Shown here in pieces: positions 51,441-63,077 of a stretch of DNA of 64,000 nucleotides; the first letter of the stretch is position 1; each line of letters starts with the position of its first letter. A model generated the notes under the pieces. It worked only from the letters and a program-made list of their open reading frames with translations. It did no database searches and had not been told where the DNA came from. The stretch is taken from the NCBI RefSeq assembly GCF_030684315.1, contig NC_081354.1, positions 31,490,226 to 31,554,225 of the forward strand. The letters are read 5' to 3'. The stretch comes from Stegostoma tigrinum (lineage: Eukaryota). The translations under genes and the position numbers were made by a program.

Positions 51441-53889
51441 AAAGGGGTATTCACTTTTCTGGGAGTGTAAACAGACCCCCATCTCAGCGGAGATAGAAAG
51501 ATGCATATGTCAGCAAAACTCAGATGTGTGAAAATAATAAGATAATGACAGGGGATTTCAAATTCCCCAATACTAATTGGCATTGTCAAAGTATAGAAGG
51601 CTTGGAGGAGACAAAATTCTTAAACTATGTTCAGGAGAGCTTTTTAAGCCAGCATTAGGAAGCCCTACAAGAGAGGAGGTGATATTGGATCTAATTTTAG
51701 GGAAAAAAAGCTGGATGAGTTGTGGTTGTGTCTGTGGGAGAGCATTTCAGTAATAATTCAGTAAAATTGAAGGTAATTGTGGATAAGGACAAAGATGGAC
51801 TGGAAATAAAGTTTTGAATTGGGGGAATGCCAAATTTAATAATTTAGAACTTAGTCAAAGAGGACCAGGAACAGGAACTTACAGAAGTAAAATCCACATT
51901 ACAGCAGTGGGAGACGTTCAAAAGGTAATAGTAAGAGTGCAGGGCCAACATCTTTTCATAAAGAGAACCCTGAATAAGAGAAGGAAAAGGGAAACTTTTC
52001 ATAGGTATTCAAAGCTCAAAACAGCAGTTCCTCTGGAAGAGTACAGAAAGTGGAGAGGGTAGATTAATCAAGAAAGTTGGGGAGCAAAGAGAGGACATGA
52101 AAAAACACTGGTGGCTAATATTCAGGAAAATGAAAAAGCATTTCAGAAGAACATTAGAGAAAAGAAATGTCCAAGAAAGGAGTTGAGTCCATAAGAGACC
52201 AAAGTAATATAGACTTGGAAGACAAAGCTGAGGTTTTAAATGAGTACTTTGCATTTGTATTCATTGTATTGAAGAAAAATGGGGGTGTAGAAATCAGGGG
52301 GGAATATTGCAGTATATTTGAATAAATTAGTTTTGAGAGAGGTAAGGTATTAGCAGTTTTAGAAAGCTTGGAAGTTGACAGACCCTCAGGCTCAGATGAG
52401 ATGCATCCCTGCTGTGTGTGGGAGATAAGACATTTGCAAGGACGCCAACATTAATTTTCAAATCCACCATGGCCAGAGGAAGTATGCCAGAAGATTGGAG
52501 GACAACTAATGTGGCACCATTTTTCAAGATTGAGATAAATCAAATTGCAGTCCAGTGAGACTTCATCAATTAGTTGGGAAAGCAATGTAAAAAAATTTTG
52601 AAGGACAGAACAAATCGCTATTTGGAGAGGCAAGGATGAAGCAAGTAAAGTCAACATGGCTTGGCAAGGGGGAGAACATATCTAATAAATTTGATTACAT
52701 TTTTCAAGGAGGTGAATTGATATGTAGATGATGGCAGCGCTGTTGATTTCGTATTCATGAACTTTAGAATGGCTTTTGACTAGGTCTCACGTGGCAAAAT
52801 GGTTAAAAGTTAACAGCCCAGGTGATCCATAGCATTTTCGCAAAATGGATCCATAATTAACTTAGTGGTAGGATGCAAAGGGTGATTGTTGAAGGGTATC
52901 TTTGTGACCAGAAGCCTGTGTCCAGTGGAGGACTGCAATGTTCGATGCTGGAGCTCTTTTTATGTACGTTAATGTTAAGCACAAATTTGGGAAGTATGTG
53001 AGAAGGCACAAATATTGGTGGTGTACTAAATAGTGAGTAGTAAAACGTTAGACCACTGGATGACATAGACACACAAAACTGTGGGCCAAATACTAGAAAA
53101 TGGGACGAGAATAGATGATTGTTTCTTATCTGGTGAGGACACAATGGGTCAACTGGTCTCTTTCCATGTTGCAAAAACTTTTTGACTCTAATTTAAAGCT
53201 TGCAACCTCCCCAAAGACTGCCTACAGAACAAGCAATGGTGACAGTAACAGGAAGAGTGAGCAACAAGACAGATGCAATGGCAAGTACTTGAAGACATGC
53301 CCATAAGCATAGGCAGGACAAACTTTGAAGGCAATGGGGCAGTAAAGACAGTGCAATGAAAATATCTCAAAATGAATAGCCCAATGAATGTGATGAAACA
53401 TTGTTCTAAGATTATGCCATAGAACATAAACTACCACGACCAGAATCTTTTATCATGTGGAATGCTCACAACCAACTGAGAAATGGCAGAACTGATGCAA
53501 ACAATTCACCCGAGACAGAAATTTTCAGGATTGACAGAAAAATCAATAAAGTCCAGCCCAGTGCCCTACTCAGTGTAGCTAGTGGCATTCTGGATATGGA
53601 AAGATCTAATAAATTTATTCCAAGAGATTATCTTTTTGGTAACCCCATCCATGTTAAAATGGATGGGGTTAACAAAAAGATAATCCCTTGGAATAAACTT
53701 ATTAGATCTTTCCATATACTTAAGTAATCAGTGCAATATATTTATTGAAATAGCACAATTTAATAATTGGAAGCAAAAGCCAGGAGAGGAGATAAATTCC
53801 TTTCTCAACGTTATTTCATATAATTTGCAAATGTAAGACTTTAAAAATAATGTAATCAGAGACTGGATCAAATTAAGAGTTTTGGGAAG

Positions 53890-54130
53890 AGATCAAAGGA
53901 AGTGCAGATACTGGAGAATCTGAGATAACAAGGTGTAGAGCTGAATGAACACAGCAGGCCAAGCAGCATGAGAGGAGCAGGAAGGCTGATGTTTCAGGCA
54001 TATACCCGTCTTCAGAAAAAGGGAGAAGAATTTTTTTCTGAAGAAGGGTCTCGGCCTGAAACGTCAGCTTTCCTGCTCCTCTAATGCTGCTCGGCCTGCT
54101 GTGTTCATCCAGCTCTACACCTTGTTATCT
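53890..54130. mobile_element. Non-coding hairpin PLE derivative (98-bp arms, 12-nt loop) with hammerhead motifs
   Basis: Arms 53923-54020 and 54033-54130; tail 53890-53922; TSD GAGTTTTGGGAAG (53877-53889, 54133-54145); intact core CTGAAGA...GAAACGTC at 54038-54065. Confidence 0.9.
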
Positions 54131-54259
54131 ATGAGTTTTGGGAAGTTTTCTTTTCATTTTTCATACATTGTAGTGAAGGCTCAATAATAAAATTGGTGTA
54201 ATTAGCCATAGAAGATGAAGTTGGGAAACAAAAAAGAGTAGTTGTTTTGGGGGATCAAG

Positions 54260-55400
54260 AATTCCTATGGTTTAAAAAAGGGTGTTCAAGGCAATACAGC
54301 ATGTCATGCAATGTGGAATATGAAAAGTGAAAGTCTATCCAAGCCAAAACCAGGAGAAGTGCAAATAAATGATGGAAGGTGCAATTACATAGTAGCCTTC
54401 CTACAGATGGAAGAGAAGATGCTGCATCAGTGAGCAAGCTGTCTCATTAAACAAGCAGAATGCCACACCTGTGGAAAAGTCGTCAATTTTAAAACAGATT
54501 TTAAAATCAAAAAAAGAGTGAAAATCTTATTAGAAGCAGCAGTAGGCAGGAGATTAAAGAGCCTGTCTGTAATGAAATCACATGCTTAAGTAAAATACAA
54601 AAAGTTAGAAGAAATGATCTGTCACTTGGCTGGTCTTTGAATTCAGGGTAAAACAGAAACTGAGCATAAATGAAAGGATAGGAGCAGTACTAAAAACTTT
54701 GTAAGAAGCAGCATTAATACTAAATGAGAAATGTGACTTCTCAAAACTTACTGTCAAGTTTTTTTCCATATTGTTTACAAATCATGCATTACAGCATACT
54801 TGTTACAATATAAACGTTATCAAAGAATTCTTATTATCAAGGAATATCACAGAAGTGAAGGTGTTCATGGAATGGTCAGTTATGTTGACAAATTATTATC
54901 ACATTTCACACAAATCAATGAACCATTGAGACATCTTCACAGACAGGGCCAGGCATGGTGTCAGAATGAATATTATGAGCAGTCTTTTGGGAAAGAAACA
55001 AAGACATGCTGATTTCATCAGAAATTCTAGTTCTTTACGAGCCTGAACTAATGACCACAGTGCTGGGTGATGCATCGTCAACCGGACTAAGGGCAGTGTT
55101 ATTATAAATACAAACTGTTGGCAAAAATGCCAGTTTACTATGCATCCTGATCAATATCAGAAACTGAACTAAGATACATGATGATCAAAAAAGAAGCATT
55201 TGCAGTTACAAGGGCACACAAAAAAATTCTGATCACATTCTTTGAGTTGTAACTTTAAATTAAAACAGATGATAAGTGATTAGTAACATTTTTGAAAACC
55301 AAATAAGTTGCAAATATACCAATAAGGTTTCAAAGTTTCATACTCAGGCTAATAAGCTAAGACACCACAAAATAATGCATTCTGGGAACGTATTAAGCCA
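54260..55400 (+). pseudogene. Gypsy pol remnant (RNase H region)
   Basis: DASSTGLRAVLL, PVYYAS.SISETELRY, KEAFAVT, KTD motifs at 55068-55275; outer bounds uncertain. Confidence 0.7.
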
Positions 55401-55423
55401 AAACATAAAGAAATCGATCAACC

Positions 55424-55553
55424 ATAGAATATAGAAACATAGAACATTACAGCGCAGTACAGGCCCTTCGGCCCTTGATGTTGCACTGACCTGTGAAACC
55501 AATCTGAAGCCCATCTAACCTACACTATTCTATTATCATCCATATGTTTATCC
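55424..55553 (-). mobile_element. Short CR1 3' end
   Basis: Near match to 28085-28205 (catagaacattacagcgcagtacaggccc). Confidence 0.8.
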
Positions 55554-56647
55554 AGATCAGGCAAATAAAACCTCCATGGAACAAGTAGAGTTCTCATATC
55601 CTTGACAACCAAATAATTGCTTAAAATAGTAAGCAAACCAAACGGGTCCAGAAACTTAAATTTTGGCCACTGTGGGTGGAGGAGAACCAAAAGAACCAGG
55701 AGTGCATTTGGGTCAATGAGAAGAAAAGCATTAGTTGGGTGGACTAAATATCCTGATGTCCAGAAGGGGAACCATAATCAAACAGTTAATGTTTTCTGTT
55801 GATTTAAACAATTTGACTTTCAGAGGCAATGCAGATAGAGAGGACAGATCCTCACCTACTTCTGAGCAGAACTCAAACAACTCAGGGGAAATTAGTGAAA
55901 CAACAGTGCAATGGTTATCTCTTTGAAACAGGGTCTTTATGATGGTTGGGTAAGGGGGTGGTAGGTGGCAGGGAAAATTTTATACAAGTTATAAATGTTG
56001 GTATAAAGACAATGAACTTTCCAATAAGATTAAGCATGTGTGTATGTTTTTAGGAAGCTTTGTCAGTAGCGCTGTAATAAATTACACAGTAATGGAGAGA
56101 CTCTGAAGAGAGTAGCAAGAGAGAAGATAAAGCCTGTGGCTCATGTTAAATCTAAATGTATATAGTTATTAGAGTGTAGATAGCAGTTACTTTGAAAAGT
56201 AACCCAGAATACTGCAATCTCTCTTTAGTGATATACTGCATCCAACCCCACAAGGTTAACCACACAACAGATTGAGTGTGGGATTAGTGTAAATGTATGT
56301 TTTCTTAAACGGAGACTGGAAAGAGGAATAAGGAACATACTCACCTCCAATTAATGGCACAGGAAACACTCTCAGGAGCTTGTTAAAGTGCCAAAGAGGG
56401 CGAGAATGGAATTTTCAGCCAAATAGTCTGGTGTTCATTACTACAAAACTGTTGAGGTCAATGCAGGAAATATTTTTTAGTGAAGTGTAAAGTTACCAGG
56501 AGCCCAGGGTCTTGCACTGGATTATGCTCATTCTTTCTCCTTTTGAATGTTTGGCCACTTTCGTGGGTTGTGAGGCTGTGGTTATGTACCATTCAGCAAA
56601 ACAAAAGCAGACACAACTACGTCTGCTGCCGGCCTTTGCCAGTGATG

Positions 56648-57151
56648 ATGTGGAGATGCTGGTGTGGGACTGGGCTGGACGAAGTCAGAAATCACATGAC
56701 ACCAGATTATAGTCCAACAAGTTTATTTGTAAACACAAGCTTTCAGGCAGGCAGTTCTTTTTCAGGTGGTTGTGAGAGAGGTAGTATCAGACATAGAATT
56801 TATAAATAAAAGATCAAAGGCCCATATCATTAATGAGGATGTACTAAACAACCCTAAGATGATGTTAATCAGTTAGAAGGTTCCCAAATTCCTTTCAAGC
56901 CATGATCCTGAGAGAACTAAAGGCTTTTATCAATGGAAAGAAGAGATGACATTTTATGTCAGACAATGCATATTAGGTATGGGGCCTTGTTTAGAGCCTG
57001 TTTGTCTTTTGGTTTGGAGTCAGACGGATTTTATGTCCAAAGTAGGAATTTATAAATTGCTACATTGACGGAGTGTCAATACATTGTGTGCTTTTTGAAC
57101 AAAATTGAATATATCTGCAAATACAAATACACCCCATAGATTTGCGTGCGC

Positions 57152-57187
<36 letters not shown>

Positions 57188-57363
57188 ATCTTATGTTTTT
57201 ATCGTACATCCTCATCAATGGTGTGACCCTTTGATCTTGCACTAATAAATTCTGTGTCTGATGCTACTTCTCTCACTAACACCTGAAGAGGGACTGAGGC
57301 TCCAAAAGCTTGTGTTTGCAAATAAACCTGTTGGACTATAACCTGGTGTGGTGTGATTTCTGA
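56648..57363. mobile_element. Third-family PLE derivative with inverted 160-bp termini and internal (GT)n
   Basis: Arms 56684-56844 and 57204-57364; tail 56648-56683; 15-bp TSD CCTTTGCCAGTGATG (56633-56647, 57364-57378); decayed core cCTGAAGA..ctccAAAAGCTT near 57283-57310. Confidence 0.8.
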
Positions 57364-57769
57364 CCTTTGCCAGTGATGTTCTGCAGACAGTGTCTATCTT
57401 GGTGCCACTCACGAGATGTCAAGGTTACCTCTGCTTTAATTATTAAATATAAAAATGGTATTATGTAATTAATGTGGATGTGGTGAGGGGTCAGGGGAAA
57501 TTATCTGGGATTAGATTCCCAATCCCAAATTGATAATCTGGTCCCAGGTATCAAACTTGAAGCTTTTTGTTTCATAACTTAGAATTAGACTGGATGCTTC
57601 CTTGATCATTACATTTTGAAGCATTGGGTGTTTTCAAGCAGCCATCATAAGCATTGGAAAACGGAATAGACTTTTAAAATATCAAAGAACAATGATTGAA
57701 ACAAAAGTGGAAAATTCTGAAACTGCTCAGCTGGTTGATGTCCTAACGTGGAACTTAAATGTTGTGGAA

Positions 57770-59850
57770 CCATGAAGGACATCGATAGTCTGAATAGACA
57801 AGGTTGTCTTCCCAGAGTGGGGGAGTACAAAACTGGAGGACATAGGTTCAAAGTGAGAGGGGAAAGATTTAAAAAGGACGTGGGGGTAACTGTCATGTAG
57901 GGGAAGGCCTAAATGAGTATTTTGCTTTGGTTTTCACTAAGGAAAGGGATCTTGTTTTGAATGAGAACTTTGAGGAGCAGGAAAACAGGCTTGAACAGAT
58001 CAAGATTGAGGAAGTTGATGTACTGGAAATTTGGCAAACATTAAGATTGATAAATCCCCAGGGCCAGACCAGATTTATCCTAGGTTGGTCCGGGAAGCGA
58101 GAAAGGAGGTTGCTAAGCCGCTGGCGGAGATCTTTGCTTCCTCACTCTCCACGGGAGTTGTACAGGAAGATTGGAGGGAGGCAAACGTTGTTCCTCTTTT
58201 CAAGAAAGGGAATAGGGAAATCCCTGGAAATTACAGACCAGTCAGTCTTACGTCTATGGTCAGCAACGTTTTGGAAAGAATTCTGAGGGATAGGATTTAT
58301 GATTATTTGGAAAAGCATAGCGTGATTAAAGGGTGTCAGCATGGCTTTGTGAGGGGCAGGTCATGCCTTACAAATCTTATTGAGTTCTTTGAGGAAGTCA
58401 CGAGACAGATTGACGACAGTCGAGCTGTGGATGTGGTGTACATGGACTTCAGCAAGGCATTTGATAAGGTTCCCAATGGCAGGTTCACTCATAAAGTCAG
58501 GAGGTATGGGATATAGGGTGATTTGGCTGTCTGGATTCAGAATTGGTTGGCTGACAGGAGGCAGAGAGTGGTTGTAGATGGTAAGTATTCTGCCTGGAGG
58601 TCAGTGCTGAGTGGTGTCCCGCAGGGCTGTGTTCTTGGGCCTCTGCTCTTTGTAGTTTTTATAAATGACTTGGATGAGGAGGTTGAGGGGTGGGTTAGTA
58701 TGTTTGCTGGTGACACAAAGGTTGGAGGTTCCGTTGATAGTATCGAGGGCTATTGCAGGCTTCAGCGAGACATTGACAGAATGCAGAGCGGGGCTGAGAA
58801 ATGGCAGATGGAGTTCAACCTGGATAAATGTGAAGTGATGCATTTTGGAAGGTCGAACTTAAATGCTGAATATAGGATTAAAGGCAGGATTCTCGGCAGT
58901 GTGGAGGAAGAGCGGGATCTTGGTGTTCAAGTGCATAGCTCCCTCAAAGTTGCCCCCCAGGCGGATAAGGTTGTTAAGAAAGCATATGGTGTTTTGGCTT
59001 TCATTAACAGGGGGACCGAGTTTAAGAGCCGTGAGGTTATGCTGCAGCTCTACAAAACCCTGGTGAGACCACACGTGGAATTTTGTGTCCAGTTCTGGTC
59101 GCCCTATTATAGGAAAGATGTGGAGGCTTTGGAGATGGTGCAAAGGAGGTTTACCAGGATGCTGCCTGGACTGGAGGGCCTGTCTTACGAGGAGAAGTTG
59201 ACTGAGCTTGGCCTTTTCTCTCTGGAGAGAAGGAGGAAGAGAGGTGACCTGATCGAGGTGTACAAGGTAATGAGAGGCATGGATAGAGTCGATAGCCAGA
59301 GACTATTCCCCAGGGCAGGAATGACTGCCACGAGGGCTCATAGTTTTAAGATGTTAGGAGGAAGGTATAGGGGAGACGTCAGAGGGAGGTTCTTCACCCA
59401 GAGAGTTGTGAGCACATGGAATAGTTTACCAGTGGTAGTCGTGGAAGCGGAGTCATTAGTGACATTTAAGCAACTGCTGGACATGCACATGGACAGCAGT
59501 GAAATGAGGGGATTGTAGGTTGGGTTACTTTATTTTTGGATTAGGATTATTCCACGTCACAACATCATGGGCCAAAGGGCCTGTACTGTGCTATACTTTT
59601 CTATGTTCTATGTTCTATGTTTCATGCAGAGGGTGGTGCAAGTGTGGAATGAGCTGCCAGAGTAAGATGTGGAGGCTGGTACAATTACAACAAATAAAAG
59701 GCATCTGGAAGGATACATGGATAGGAAGGGTTTACAAGGATATGGACCAAATTCTGACAAATGGGACTAGATTACTTAAGGGCATCTGGTTTGCATGAAC
59801 AAGTTGAATCAAAGGGTCTATATCTATAATGTACAGCTCGATGACAATGA
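57770..59850 (+). mobile_element. Old CR1 3' fragment split by a younger CR1
   Basis: ...ggacataggttcaaagtgagagg..ggggtaac before 57897 continues as tcatgcagagggtggtgc after 59621. Confidence 0.75.
57897..59621 (+). mobile_element. Young 5'-truncated CR1 LINE (RT pseudogene)
   Basis: In-frame ORFs 58031-58516 and 58523-59518 separated by one TAG; FADD reads FAGD; (TTCTATG)3 tail; 5-bp TSD TCATG (57893-57897, 59622-59626); same subfamily as 39434-42043. Confidence 0.95.
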
Positions 59851-62528
59851 CTGTATTATATAGGGTTCCCAGTCACCATCCTCCCGCCTGATTAAATGAT
59901 CCTTAACACCAAACATGCTGCAGATGAGGCCACAAGATTCCACTTATTAACTCTGTTTTGCTCTCTAAAAGTGCAGCCATATTTACCGAGCAGTTCCAGG
60001 ATTTTCAGTTTCTCCTTCACATTTCCAGCATTTACAGTAGCTTGCTTCCTGTTGAAAGAGTGTTACTGCTGCTATTATTTTTAACTGCTTGAATCAAACA
60101 TGACTCTCAGCTTTTTCAACAGAGGCAAAATAGAAGGGAAATTGAATATTAGAAAAGAGAAATTGGTGAGAAGCATTACACTTGTATATGATACTGCAGT
60201 CAGTCATTTCCACCTTTGAATACTTTCAGTTTCATGATCATCTCAAAAATTAACTTTTATGAATAGGAAATAATCATTAGGTTTCTGTCAGAGATGGTTT
60301 ACAATTCTTATAAAAGTCATCGCTGCTGTTTTTCACATTGTTTCCTTCAGGGAACCGATTGCATGAGTTCCAGTCAGAAGGAGTAGCTGCATCTGCTCTG
60401 TAGCTCAACATATGGCACCAATAGTCTGCATGATTTAAACTCCCTTTCACATCGCTGAAAAAAATTTGCCTACGCAGACACAGGAGTACAAGAGTTCAAC
60501 TGGTGCTAATTAATGATACTGACACAAATTTTTATAACAAATTAACATGTGAACTTACCTCACTGAAAACTGTATTTTTTTAAAAAATACAGCACTTAGG
60601 AAAATAATAAACTTCAAAATATTATATTGTCAATTAGACTTGGTCCAGAAATATTACTACAGACCTGGGAGACCTAAACGTTTATGGTTCAGGGTTGTTG
60701 GAACTCATATAAGCACTGCCTGAAGAAAGAAGTCTGGCCAAATATTAATGCAAATGTACCCAAAATTTATATCAGTTGTTCTTGGCATTAGTTTCCAAAT
60801 CTCTTGTTACTCTGGTTATATAGACGGAGTGTTGATAGTCTTATGTGCAAATCTGTATGATAGTCCAATAGTTCAGCGAAAATCACAGATTTCCGAAATC
60901 TGTGTTCCTTATGATTGAGAATAGTTCTACTTATAAAGCATGTTTTCACCACTTGTTAAATCTATAGCCATGGAAACAACAGCTAATGTCTTATGCATCC
61001 CGCTGCACAGAAGCAGGCTGGCAGCCGGAAGTATGATTCTGTAAAATTGGGCCATATTCTGATGGATGCCATGCCCCTTGCCAATCTGTCTTCTCTTGCA
61101 TTTTAGTAACAATGAGGATGGTGTCATCTAGTCTGCCCACCATGGGCCAGTTCAGTGGCAAATTAATGGCTAATTAAGGAGCCTCCTGCTGTCACCACTG
61201 GCCAGCCATGTGGCGAGATGATCAAGTTAACCCTAGCATTCTAGTTGTAGGCATGGTGGGAGGGGTGCTCTCCTGTTTAGCGACTCTGTGCCCAATAGTG
61301 AAACCCTACAACAATAATTGTGTACTGCCTGCATGTTTCCAGGGACCTGCCTGATCAGCCTCGGTAAAGTCTACTCAATTCACCTTTGAATCCAATATCC
61401 AAGCTGTTCCTTGGTGTGTCCAGCTGTAGGCCCAGCAGTGGTCACTGGTCCCAGAGATACTACCGACACTGTTGGGCCATCTGATGGTCATAAGCTTTTG
61501 GAGACAGGATTTCCACTCATTTAGATATATTTGCTACCTCACAGCTAACCAGTCATTAAATCAGGTTGGGTCTTCCTGGCCTGTGGAGTTAAACCCTCAT
61601 CATCTTTTAAGTTCAACAGTAGGGCCATTATCATAATGAAGAATTATGATCAATGTCTTTTCAAAGCAACAGATACAAACAATCCAATGGATTCCTGTTA
61701 TGTTATCTTTGAACAAGTTTTGTTCTTCGTCACAGTCTCAGTTCACCAGCAGCTTAGTTCGAAGTTATTGATTAATAACTTGTTCAGTTACTAGTTAATC
61801 TAGACTGACATTTACTACTTAGGAGGTATTGTTAATTGAAGATGTTAGTTGCAACATATGGCTCTATAGCACCTGTTATTTTTGACAAGCCACGTGTCAC
61901 TTTAAAACAAAAATGACTTGCAAGCCGAGGACTCACACTTCCTCTATTGGCCATAAGAAGCACTGTTTTTGATGAGGTTACTAACAAAAGTATTACAAGT
62001 GTACATTGGAATTTTGCAAAATAGGGACATTATGTTTTTAGTCAGCATCTAATGTTAAGTTCATGCTAGCTGTGCTATTTTCACCCTCAAAGCTCCAACC
62101 AGCCTCTCATAACTCTGGGCTGCTAAACAGAAGCTTTATTAAATTATTTTCCAGTTGGTTGCTGAATGATTTTTACTGCTGATCACTGAGTTTGTAGAAA
62201 GACTCTGTGTTTTCTACCATAGCTTGAAGGTAGCAAAGTCAATATCTTGCACTGCTGCACATGATGCAAAACTTGTTTTTTAGTTCAAGGATTCTGCTTG
62301 GTCCATGTTATGAATTTTATTGTAAACCAGCTTATTCCTAAATATATGGATACCCTAACTCATTTAGAAGTGTTGGAAAACATGCTAAGAACAGGTCCAA
62401 GTGTGTATATAAGTTAAATACCGTACTAACCTGGTAATGGTATAAGTCAGGACTATATACATGCTAAATCATTAAAAGGAGCATGGTATAAAGAGAAGCC
62501 ACAAACGAGATCAAATCTTTGAAATCCG

Positions 62529-62856
62529 ACATAGAATCCCTACAAAGTGGAAGCAGGCCATTCAACCCATCTTATTCACACCAACTCTCCAAAGAGCATC
62601 ACACCCAGATCCACCCTATACCCCTGCATTTCTCATGGCTAACCCATCTAGCCTAGACACTATGGGTAATTTAGCATGGCCAATCATCTACTCTTAACAG
62701 GTTTGGGCTGTGAGAGGAAACCGGAGCGCTCAGAGGAAACCTACACAGACACGGGAAGTATGTGTAAACTCCGAACAATCACCCACATCTGGATTTAAAC
62801 TGGCTCCCTAGTGCTCTGAGGCAGCAACATTAACTGCTGAGCCACCATGCTACCCT
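62529..62856 (-). mobile_element. Near full-length HE1/V-SINE-like SINE
   Basis: tRNA-like head (ggtggctcag), central tttagcatggccaatc domain, CR1-like tail catagaatccctaca. Confidence 0.75.
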
Positions 62857-63077
62857 GCATACCCGGTCATAAACGGTTACAGACAAATAACAGCAAGAGG
62901 AAGTTCCAAAAACAGCTTTATCTATCTTAGTGACCCAGCACTTGTGTGGAACACTCAGGGTTAATGCAGTTGTAAACATCTTCAGTTAAAAACACCAGAC
63001 AAATGATCTATCTTGGACACTGTTCCTGATTACCTCCCCGTGCCCATCTTCACCTGATGAAACATATTCTTGAAGGT

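Larger units (their letters stand above)
50655..53190 (+). mobile_element. Old CR1 (endonuclease to RT), interrupted by a PLE
   Basis: EAIWIELKHKKG | FTFLGV..RPP, GDF.FP, LDLILG, then degraded RT motifs and a 3' end near 53190. Confidence 0.8.

Noticed and set aside
60328-60420. Strong splice acceptor-like tttccttcag/G at about 60349
   Set aside because: All three frames stop within 17 codons, no good donor, no recognisable protein; a non-coding or terminal exon cannot be excluded
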